From: Bigelowiella natans CCMP2755 | Taxonomy: Eukaryota; Protista; Cercozoa | Assembly: GCA_000320545.1 (NCBI GenBank) | Contig: ADNK01000946.1 | Coordinates: 1-44,074, forward strand | Reading direction: 5' to 3' | DNA length: 44,074 nt | Shown: positions 24,901-35,253 of the stretch, piece by piece | How the letters are laid out: each line of letters opens with the position of its first letter | How positions within the stretch are numbered: position 1 is the first letter of the stretch | The notes under the pieces: generated by a model | The model's database searches: none | What the model was told of the DNA's origin: nothing | Seen by the model: the letters and a program-made list of their open reading frames with translations, nothing else | Translations under genes and position numbers: made by a program

Positions 24901-25588
24901 TCAAGTACATTGTGCTGCTCGGGGGGTCGCTGGGGGTTGTTAATATTGTCTCTGCAGCCACCGGCACCTTTGAGGAAGATCTTGCTTTTCTCTTATGTGC
25001 GGATATGTTCGTGATCACAATATATGTTACGATCATTCTCTTTGTCTACGCGAAGGCCAACTCGGTCCTGCACGAAGATGTGCTCGACTTTCTACACACA
25101 GAAAAGCTGCAGGTCGGGAATATGAAGGATGCAGAACAGAAGATAACGACTTCCACGGTCGTCACTATGCAGCTCATCGAGTCTGCCATCAAGAAGATCG
25201 AGGTATCCGTTTTGCATGTCTCTGGTGGTGAGAAAGAGAATGAGAGCAGACTAAAACGATGCCATCTAAGACACAATGCACTGAACTTTCGGGACTTGCT
25301 GTACGGGTGTGGGAAGGGAGATAAACATGCAAGTGTGGAAATTTATTGTATGCGGGTTCGTTTCGTTGACATTATGTTGCTTCTTTTGCATAGAAACCAG
25401 AATATGACAAGTTATATCAGCAGCTCTTCGGCCAAAGTAATGACACAATCTAAAATCAATGAAAGTATTTCACAGAACCATTGTAACACGTAGGAATCAC
25501 GTTTGCTAAGCTCTTTGGTGTGGTCTCCACTTATGGCGGATCCCTCGTAATAGCAGGAATTTCGTATGCTGTGCGTCGATACACATAG
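2202..25588 (+). CDS. Giant multi-exon protein (~60 exons, ~4,600 aa): ricin-B lectin repeats + helical/Zn-finger-like region + C-terminal PHTF/7TMIC-like membrane domain
   Basis: Phase-compatible introns (nearly all GT-AG, one possibly GC-AG near 3254) link the fragmentary ORFs continuously, e.g. 8493/8746, 9085/9464, 11484/11722, 11928/12205, 12509/12654, 14085/14222, 16327/16480, 19048/19150, 22102/22306, 24372/24614, 25436/25494. It ends GQRITFAKLFGVVSTYGGSLVIAGISYAVRRYT* (tag 25586-25588). A few junctions (~3250, ~8057, ~10490, ~18160) have alternative solutions. Confidence 0.75.
12654..12900 (+). other. Additional isolated ricin-B-like sub-repeats within the giant protein
   Basis: NHQWYL..GTIRPTAYPKKCLTV...SQLWKL pattern, preceded by PTLWNID in the previous exon. 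Confidence 0.6.
13630..13780 (+). other. Cys/His zinc-finger-like (C1/DC1-like) motif in the giant protein
   Basis: CKLGHTMEL...CGGRNC...FGCAICNYYLCPQH: C-x3-H...C-x4-C...C-x2-C-x4-C-x2-H spacing. Confidence 0.55.
22306..25588 (+). other. C-terminal multi-pass membrane domain, PHTF / 7TMIC-like
   Basis: At least 7 hydrophobic helices with a long acidic loop after the first group. The motifs LDSSQNLSAWLWCRS, FLHTEKLQV, MQLIESAIKKIE and LFGQRIT...STY resemble, as recalled, the PHTF1/2 C-terminal motifs LKKVQNIKMWLSLRS, LLTEQINL, NVLKLATKLLKE and LYGLTM, in the same order. Confidence 0.6.
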
Positions 25589-25849
25589 TGCACAACATCA
25601 TAATGATCAACGAGCAGGTCTAAATCTCACTAGAAAACACGAGGGAAACATGGATGGTGTTCGCTAACTCCAGTTTCAACATGTCTAAATGTTTGGATGT
25701 TTAGTGTCTACTATCCTCACCAATACATGGCCGTTCATTGCAGCGACAAATTCTAGAAATTGATTGACCATAGTGGCTGTTGTTCGATCGGTGATCCAAA
25801 GTAATTAAAATCATTCGCTTTCGCTGAACATCTGGGGCATGGCTTGCGA

Positions 25850-27320
25850 TCGATGTTTGCATGTGTGCAAATAAAGCCACAAAGGCTACATTCTTGTGTG
25901 CGCGTGCGAACATGTGTAGTTACACACACATTTTCTTTGCAACAAATGTATAGGGTTTTACAAACATTTTCTTACCACACATGTGCTAAATTGGTGCATG
26001 TGTTCCATCATTTGTTGTGCATGTGTTCTGTGAATGTGTGCACACACTACTAGCAGCACATGTGTTCCAAAGCACACATGAATGGCTAAACCATGCCACA
26101 TGTGTCCTCAAGCACACATGTACTAGACAGGGTGCACGTCCAGAGCCACAAAGGCTGCATTTGCACGTCGGGTGTGAAGTTAGAACACGCCGTACTTTTC
26201 GACCGCCGAGAAATAACAATTCCATTGTGCGATGATGCAGTTCATTTTTGCACGCACGCAATGACAAACAAATGTCAGCACATTTGCCAAAGCGACTAGC
26301 TGGCGCAATCTAGCTAGCTAGCAATGCGCGCGCTCGTGCATGCAGTCTAGCAGTGTCTGGGCGTGGACAGACACAATGCTAGCTAGCTGAAATCAAATGG
26401 ATGGTGTGATGCAGTGTTCTCTGGTCCCAACATTTTGCACAATGATGTTTGTCTGAACAACTAGCTGCTAGTGGTAGGTGACATTCTAGCAACACAGTGC
26501 GCTCTAGGCCAGCAGGCGTCACTTGAGCACTCACAAGGCTAGAAGGTGTCATTGTGCAATCTAGCAATGCTGGAATGTGTGGTGGGGCAGCCAAGATGTT
26601 TTGCAACTTTTTTTGCGAACTGATGCCCAATCTAGCAATCCCGCAGCAAAGCTGGGATTTGACTCGGAAGTGAGTCTGCCGAGCAAACACACAGTCTGCT
26701 AGCTAGCCACACATGAAGTTGCATGCCAGCTAGCCAGCATGTTCAGATAGCTAGATGTCTGTTACAGTCTAGCAGTGCTGCGTTGCATCGTGTGTCACTT
26801 CTAGACTTGCCAGCTTGGCTAGTTTCCAAGTTGCTAGGTTGGACCACAATGGCACATCTGCACATGCGTGTGCACATCTTCATGCACATGTCTAGACATG
26901 CCAGCATGCATCACTAGCATCACCGCTAGACCGCCCTGCTAGCCTGCCTAGCTGGTGTGAAATGATTTGGATTTGTGAGTTTTGGATTTGATGAGTGCAA
27001 CCTCCCTAGCTAGCTAGCTCCTCTAGCAGCTAGCTAGCTAGTCCATCATCGACCGATCAGTCTCGTTCTCATTCATCAAGCTAGCAAGATGGCAAGCAAG
27101 CTAGGCTAGCTAGCAAGCTAGCAAGCTAGCAAGACGTTCTAGCGTTGCAAGTCCAGTGCCAGAGTGGTCTAGTGGTTCCTGCTACGCTAGCTACGTGTTG
27201 CAGGATTCGCTGTTTGTGAAGCTCAATGACATGCTAGCATGACTAGACAGACGATGCACCAAAGAATTTCTAGATCAGGCAAGTTTGCTTCTTTAGATCT
27301 AGCTAGCTAGATATGTAGCT
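25850..27320. repeat. Degenerate intergenic repeat tract, CTAG/GCTA-rich and TpA-depleted
   Basis: Dozens of CTAG and (GCTA)n units, recurring CACATG/CATGTG words; from ~26280 almost every TA lies within CTAG. Confidence 0.7.
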
Positions 27321-27683
27321 AGATGGTCCCAGTGGTCAGCATGGAATCTATGGGTGCCTTTTTTAACTGCTTACTTACTGCAGAGCACATCATGTCATTG
27401 AAGCACTGTGCATGCACATAAAAATTTAATTCGGTGTGAGCTGTGTAAATTGAAGTATGCTCATGTCTTCTCAAACTCAACACGACTTACAGCACTTTTA
27501 GAATGCGAAATAAGTCATTTTTCGATTCTGTTGTGTCTACATGCATACAATGTCTATCGTTTAATGTAAATTCAGGCAAATTTATTCAAATTTTATTGTG
27601 ATTAACGTAAAGGTGCTAGATTATATTTGACCTATGTTCCGGTTGTAAGATTGCACAGTTTGATAGGTCAGCATCACTATCGC

Positions 27684-30600
27684 TCAAACTTTATTTGTGA
27701 CAGCACTTTCTGGGATGGAATCATGTAGACCAATTGCAGATGTCTTTGGATCTTCGACATGTTTTTGTGGGGCTCGAGGATTTCTTTTTAAGCAGCCACA
27801 TCTTTCTAAACACCTAGCTAGACCAAGTTTTTCAGCAATCCAATCCAAATCTCCTATTCTTCCAGTCGGCCCGATTAAAAGTAGAAATCCCATGAAAAAT
27901 CCGATGCTAAATAAAACGCTGAATGCAATTGTGCTAGTCATTATTGTGCCCATTTTTGGGAAGAAAGTGAGCTGGCATGCAAACAGCGGTAGAGCAGCTC
28001 CAAATGTTGTAATAGCACCCGCTAATACTGTAGGTATCATTTTTTTGGATGCGTGAACAAATCTTTCTTTGCGTCCCTTTAAACCTTCACTGTGGGCAGC
28101 ATCAACAAATACATGTCCCAGATGAATGACATAATCAACGGAAAAACCAATGACAATTACAGCTGCAATAGCCTCTGCTATGCCAAGTGACCATCCATTC
28201 CACTGAGCAACTCCGAGGACAGATGAAACAATAAATCCAATGGATATAATAGCATAAAAAGAAACAACTGTGTTAGAGGTGGCCACGATGAGGACCAAGA
28301 ATGCGACTGGGAAACATAGGGTAAGTCCCAGAAAAAAGCCTTGTACAATTCCGAGTTCAGCCTCAACCCACACAAATACAAAAGCTGTTCCAAATGAATC
28401 ATCCATGCCAGCAGGTGCTCCAGAATTTATTTCATCCGTCATATCATCAACTCGTCCCCTTCCACCCACGAGGTCGATAGTTGCAGTACTCTCAAGCATT
28501 GTAGTTACAGCATCTATTCTTACGTATCGAAGATTTCCATCCACAAACCCAATTAATCTTTGCTTCTCCGATCTGGAAAAAGTATCTGTGCCAATCGGTT
28601 CTGTAGAACGATATTCGCTCAGGTTCCCTAAAAAATGCTCACGAGAAAGAGATGGATCTTCTGTAGATAATCCACCCGTTCGATTTGCATACCATGCCTG
28701 AAACGAAGGAAGAAAACATCTAACGGATGACGGGAATATTAAAAGACCCTCCTCGCATGCTTCTCGATCACAAGCAAAATTTGATGCAATATCACATGCA
28801 CGAAGAAATGCTCTTTGTGATGCCGCTGGGTGGAAATCAAAGCTGTCGTCAAATTTTACATTTCCCCTATTTTCGGCGGGTTCGAATCTATTGAAACCCG
28901 GACGCTCAAAACCAGCTATACCAAATGGAATGAAGAGTTGTACGTACGGATCAAGATCACCTCGTACAAAATCTTCTATCCAATCATCACGCATTTGTTG
29001 CAACATGTGATCTTCTGGAAACCACCGTTCTGGTTCAGGTGGTGGGCCTAATTGTGAGGCAAATCCAATGGCGATAACACCAAAAATGAGTAACCCAAAT
29101 GCAACAACAACAGCCACTACAGGAACCCTCCATTTCTCGTAAGTCATAGCTGGTAGGTAGGCCTTGAAAACAAACTTATCTAGAACTGTCATGTCACTAT
29201 CTGAAACATCATTTCGATTTGGGTCGATGTTTGGATTGACATTTTCGTCAAGTTGAACGCTTGATCGGCGGTTGCCTTCTTTGGCATCATGCATATCCTC
29301 TTCTTTTGGAACCACATTCGAGGCCAAATTTATCGTAGATTCCGCTTTTATAGCAGTCAACTCCACTGTAGAAAGTTTATTTCCCATCACGGATTGCTTC
29401 GACTCTACCACGGGTATTTGTACCTTTTCATCGCTGGTGATATCGTAAGGTTTTTCATTTGCCTGAACTGAGCAACTCTTTTTAATAAACCAGAGATGGT
29501 GACACATAATAACGGCTGGAAAAACCGTAATCACAAATACAAAGTTAAATATAATACAGACTGCTGCAAGAATTCCAAATGTTGAGATAGGCATGATCGG
29601 CGATACGGCAGTTGCTAAAAATGCGACTGTTGTTGTGAAGGAGGTATTAAATACAGCACTAATGGTTCTTTGGTAAGCAATAGACATTCGCTTCTTGAGA
29701 ATCAGAGAATCTCCAAAATTTCCATTTATCATTGAGACGACATCAGAATCGTGCTCTGAAAGACGCCATCCGTCATAAAAAACAAAAATATCATCTGCAC
29801 CTATCCCAAGGACAAGGAACACTACTAGAATGTGAAGAAAGGAAAAGTAAGGAATTTGGAATACATTTTTGTAAACTACTATTGACACCGGAATACTTAT
29901 GACTATCTGGAACATAGCGAGACTAGCTAAAAATATTGACTTCATTTGGTAAGCCATCCAAAAGAAGACAAATGCAATTGATGCTATCGTGAGCAATAGA
30001 TCTCCTAAAATAGTCTCGGCATTTTCAATGTTCTCCAATTGGATTGAGTACCACTTCACTCGGAGTCCTCTATGTGTCGCTTTCTGTCTATATGCACTGT
30101 TAAGCCATTCAGACTGGAGGCCAAAGAAATCAAAGAAAACATCTTTGACTTTTTCATAAAAGTCTTGATACTCTTCACTTTGTTCTGCAAACTCATCTGC
30201 TGAAGATCTGTAACCCGCCAGCTACACATACAAATAATCAGAAAACACGCAGTAATTTTATTAAAAGAAAGTCAAATACCGGGGTTCCCAATTCAATTCT
30301 GGACCTTGTCTTAACAGTAAACGTTGGGGTACGGTCCGGTGTGAACACCTAGGTATCATTCCATCTATATTTACTCCAAGTTGATGTTAAACTCAAAGGT
30401 CGAGGCGTACATCAAGGAAAAATGCAGCAGGCTCGCTAACGGATGGATCGGAGCTTAGATAGTCATTGTACAAGCGAGTCGATGTCGCATTGACGGAGGC
30501 AGCACTCAGAAGCGGGCAAGAGGAACTAGCTCCAGCCCCATAAAACAGAAAGGTTATCGTATCTGTAATTGACATGTAATAAATCTAGAGAACATCGTGA

Positions 30601-31334
30601 AAATAATCTGCATCTAACCTTCTGCTTCTTTGCAGATTCTTGCATCACTTTGTAAGATGCATACATCTTGGTATTCCCTTATCGTCAAAAATTCTTGTTC
30701 GACTTGACACATTGATTGTACATTCTCCGGGGTAAAAATATCCTCTTTTCTGAAATAATTTCTGTTAGTTTTTAGCATGGTTTTGCGCTTCTACATCATG
30801 ATTCTTGGCAACCTCTCAAGATCAAACGTCAACCAAAAGCTTGCTCCACCATTAAAGGTGAATGGTTGCTGACGTTCTAAAGGAAAATCTACTGCAAGGT
30901 CTTCGGCATCCTGATAAGCTTCAAACTCCTCTGCACCCCTACTATTAGGGATAGCCTATCGAAAAGATCATTAAAATTAGGCCAACATTAGATTCAACAA
31001 TATTGAATCAATACCCATTCAAAAGTAGATGGTTCTGTGAGAGTGTATGAGTCCGTAAAAAAACCAATTATGGTTATCCTAAAAGTCGTTTTGAATTCAT
31101 AGTAAGGAACATTAGTAGTTCATTGATGCGATGTATCTCCATACAGAAGAATAATGACATAAGAAATAAGCCAAATCTTTAGCGGATGATAAACCTACAT
31201 AGATCATGAGCAAACTTCAACGTAATTTGTGATCAGAACATAAGTGTACGCCAAACCAGGGATCTGGAGGTGCACTGGACACATGATTTAAACGAAGCCG
31301 ATGAATGTTTGGCTTCTCTTTCAGGATTGTTCAT
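27684..31334 (-). CDS. Dispatched/Patched-family sterol-sensing-domain RND transporter (8 exons)
   Basis: The 791-aa ORF has SSD motifs GIGADDIFV and TSFTTTVAF, second-half GFSVDYVIH and GAITT, and a 12-TM RND layout. Seven upstream short introns lead to ATG at 31334 (MNNPEREAK...VYHPLKIWLISYVIILL, TM1). Confidence 0.9.
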
Positions 31335-31480
31335 AATTTCGGCAATTGAGCTAAGCTTCGAGAACCACCGCTGCGGCAAAATGTTGTGTCGGTTCGAGTT
31401 GTGATGAGGCAAATGTGCCTTGTGTCTCTATTTGTGCATGAAAATACAAAATGACGAAAACACAGATTATTTGCATTCTA

Positions 31481-32081
31481 CGACATGTCATGAGGCGAGG
31501 CGCAGAAATCATTCACCTTTCTCTTTTGATTTGAGCAGGGAACGTTGGGTTCCGCTGCAATCTCGCAAAGTTTGCTGGAAGTTTCTGAGAAGACCTTTCA
31601 TCACACGGACCCAAAATCATCCTTCATTTCATCCGTGCGACAATGTGCTCACCGAAGAACCCAACTGAACTTCCCAGTTGCACTCAGAACACCAATTTGT
31701 TCACTTTGTGATGAGTGACCACAACTGTTTGTTGAAATTCCATGGAATTTCTGCAAGAATTTGCGCAAAAAATGTTGTCGGCTTTCAAAATTTTCCGTTT
31801 TTTCTGAAATTCTTCGAAAAAGCATGCAGAAACAAGTTTGGCCGGTGGCGGGCAAACAATTTCTGCATCGTGAATTTCCATGCGACAAGGAACCGAAACA
31901 GCTTTCCGCCACACACAACACCCTCCTTTTCCCTCGCATGATGGACCCGCACGCCTCAGGGACGACAGGGGCACACTGGAAACCTTTGCAATGACTCCAG
32001 GGGTGGAAATTGGAAGTTCGCCCGGTGACGGACAACCAGAGCACGAAGCCAGACCTTTTGCTGAGGTTTGTGCTTGTTTGT

Positions 32082-32121
<40 letters not shown>

Positions 32122-32960
32122 AGTGTGGGCGTGTGATGTGACACACGTCACGTGTTCACAGGAACGTCAAGCCAACAACCGCCTTCGTCCCTTGGTGCTG
32201 GAAGCAGGTGTGAGACCTCTGCACGTTGTGGATGAAGAGTGGGCTTGTGGGGCAATGCAGGCAACTCTGCAATGGAGTTGCTGGGGACAGGCTAGCAGGG
32301 TGCAGGAACTGGCGAAGTGCACTCTAGCAGGTCAGGCTCGCACGTGGGGAGACATCGCTGGCACGTTCTATTAGGCCGCGTGGAAGGCCCCGAAGCCAAT
32401 CCTCTCACATCGCTGGCCTGTCGTGTCTTGCTGGAGCGTTGGTGAGTGTGCCAGCGTGTTCTGTGGACTTGAATGGATCTCTGATGACGACCACGTCGTG
32501 GCCAACGAGGCTGGCAGCAACAATGATGACAACAACAATGGTGGTGATGAACGCAATGACGCGGTCACGGTGATGTTGATGAGAACAGTGACATCAGTGC
32601 ACGTGGCGCGAGCGCACGCACCCGTTTGACCGCTGTGAGTTTCGTTTGATGAACTTGATGCGCTGCCGTGCTAGCGTGTGGTGCTCTTGCAAGAGACGTG
32701 TGTCTTTCTGTGATGACGCACGACCTTGCGGTCAAAAACACCTGGACGTTTTCATGCATGTTTCCGCAACGTTCATCACTTGCCATTGCATCTGGGCAGC
32801 ACCTTCCACTCGGACAATAGACTTGTTCGGCACATCAGCATGGCAATCAGACGTTGCAATGATGAAATGAGTTCTTTGATTTCGTGTCAGCTGTTTTGGA
32901 TCATTTACAATGGACACATTGCATCTACTGCACATTTGCACGAAGCAGAAACTGTGTTAA
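31481..32960. mobile_element. TpA-depleted degenerate tract, possible relic of a non-LTR retroelement with restriction-like endonuclease
   Basis: No TA dinucleotide in 31481-32292. The + strand fragments WKLEVRP..KPDLLLR, ACDVTHV and RLRPLVLEAG resemble the E..PD..DV..PLVxE pattern of RLE-type endonucleases, interrupted by a stop and a (TG)n expansion. Confidence 0.35.
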
Positions 32961-33112
32961 TGGTGGTCATCTAGTCTCGAGGGAGACCACTGTGTGAATG
33001 GATGCTACTCGTACGTGGTGCGAGCATCATTGGCTGCTGCGATTCTTGAGATATGTTTGAATTGACATGAAGGGGAAAAAAAATTATCTACGACGTCGTT
33101 TCGATCAGCATG

Positions 33113-33447
33113 TTATCCAGTTCGAATCTTAGGCCCATGTTGATAGCGATCAAGCTTAGTTTTCAGGAGAGGCGTTTTGAGCGCGTGCTTCTTTCCCTGA
33201 ATCTCTTCCTCCTCCGTCAACCACTCTTCGTACAACACCCTGGTAGAAAGACACAGGTTATTTTTACAAAATGTATATTTGCTGAGCGACAGAACGAAGA
33301 ATACATTTTCGAATTGACAATGATTGTGTACGGAGAAAGTATAAGTAATTTGGATCTCTGTGTGCAGGACTTTAACAGCTAATAGTACTTCTACCATTAC
33401 CACAAAAACAACAACAGCAACTGCCGCTGTTGCTGCTAGGGCTTACG

Positions 33448-33478
<31 letters not shown>

Positions 33479-34920
33479 ATACTACTACAAGATAATAAAT
33501 ACTTGTATGGTCTGAGCACTGAGAAGCAGGCCCCGTACACGATCGTGGTTATTATGAAGCAAACAAAGAGGCCTAAGTAAATATTCATTAAAATATAAGT
33601 TTTTTCTTTCGTGTTTGTAAGAGGGTAATGAGTGTACATGCACGCGTCAGAGGGGCGTGAACGGGGGAGACACGAAATGTCGCTGTTTGATCGCTTCTAT
33701 GACACATCCCTTTGATTCAATTCCACGGTAAAAATAGAGCATATTCTGATAGCAGCATTGCACACCTAGGAAAACCCAATGTCCTTGAGAGAATCGTGTG
33801 GTGTCTGTTGCATCCCACACCCACACCGCATACACAGGGCCTGCATTGAGATCCACAACACGAACAAAGAGGGGGGGGAGGGGGGGGAAGATAACATCAA
33901 ATGTGGATATATTTCTTGGATGCACGCTGAATGCAAACAGGGGCATGCCATAATCGGCTAGATTCTGTTTCTCACCGATGATTCGAGCACAGGCCACGCA
34001 GGAAATTAGCATCCCCTGCAACAATCCATGATTCGGGCTCTTTGGATGCAGAATCTTTGAGGCCAAAGACATCGTTACGCTCCTGAGAGTTTGGACAGAA
34101 AAGGATGAAAAGAAAAAGAAGAAAACGATATGAAATAGTTTCAAGAAGCAAGAATACTTATCGACGCCGAGACTCCTAACCCATCATCCCATTTCTACGT
34201 ACTAACGCACCGATTTAGCTCCATTGCTGCATTTACAGCGGCAAATCCCATCAGAAATCGAGGAAGAGGCAACCGATTATCGAAGAATTCCTAATACATC
34301 CAGACATATGGATATTATTACTAATAATAATGATGGGGATCAGATAATGATAGTGAGGAGGAGGGAAGAGGGGTTATCGGGCGAAAGCAAACAAAAGTAC
34401 CAGCATAAGTCCATAGCCAATAGTAGAAAAGACGACTCCGCACAACAGTAAATATCGGTCCTGAGCCAAATAGTAGTAATTTCTTGATTTCGAGGAGATA
34501 AGAAGGATAGATGGTGATGAGTGAGTTGCCAGATATAGACCACAACAAATCAGGATCATGAAGGAGCTAGGAGGGGGCATATTAGTCATGAAAATAACAA
34601 TTGATAATTCGGCTATCAGGTTTTTTTTTTCGAGGTGTAAAGAAGCAAAGACGTAATTCAAAAAGAATATCCAAATGGAGACACAAGCAACGAGTATTCC
34701 ATGGTTGTTCTCAACTTCATCGCATCACCTCTACTGAAGCTGAAGTGCATTTAATTATGAAGAAAACTAAGATGCAGACTGAGAGGAGGGGGACAGGAAA
34801 CAGATGGGCAAAAACAAAAACACAACAGGATAATAAGTCTTCGGTCTTCTCGTCATCATGATAATTATCAAGCTGTCTTTTAGCTAAACACAAGCGTGCG
34901 CACAGGCAGATACAAACACA

Positions 34921-34962
<42 letters not shown>

Positions 34963-35215
34963 TACGCACACTTACGCACAATCACATATATTCTTGCAAG
35001 ATGGGATGAAAGCATCATCCTCGCATGATGACATATTATCTCGAGCTACGACCGATGCCAGCTGCAACGAACAGCACGTCTGCATAGAACAGATCCCAGC
35101 CAAAATCATTCTTCACCAGAGGAGTTGTGATTGTCTCATACGCAGAAAATCTGAAATAACAAAGATTGCACATTATGAATTTAATATCTAAAATATGAAA
35201 CTCATCATCATGGAT

Positions 35216-35253
<38 letters not shown>

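Noticed and set aside
25701-26917. Several 64-103 aa ORFs downstream of the giant gene
   Set aside because: Same TpA-depletion artefact; no splice structure or family motif.
25900-27320. CRISPR-like or regular tandem array
   Set aside because: No constant-length repeat/spacer periodicity; eukaryotic context; only short recurring words.
27697-29471. Plus-strand ORFs antisense to the Dispatched-like exon
   Set aside because: Shadow ORFs of a long coding exon, with no independent evidence.
26281-32950. Classical CpG-methylation decay or fungal RIP as the explanation for TG/CA excess
   Set aside because: CpG is still common in the 31.5-32.9 kb tract and TpA is lost rather than gained, the opposite of RIP.
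31649-32974. Dense stack of overlapping ORFs in all six frames
   Set aside because: Artefact of TpA absence (no TAA/TAG stops); the peptides are Cys/His-rich and almost Tyr-free, as expected from composition alone.
33436-33500. Poly-Ser C-terminus of the MFS protein (stop at 33436)
   Set aside because: A phase-compatible donor (~33502) and acceptor (~33241) splice to a more protein-like last exon ending at 33113; the (AGT)n tract is probably intronic.
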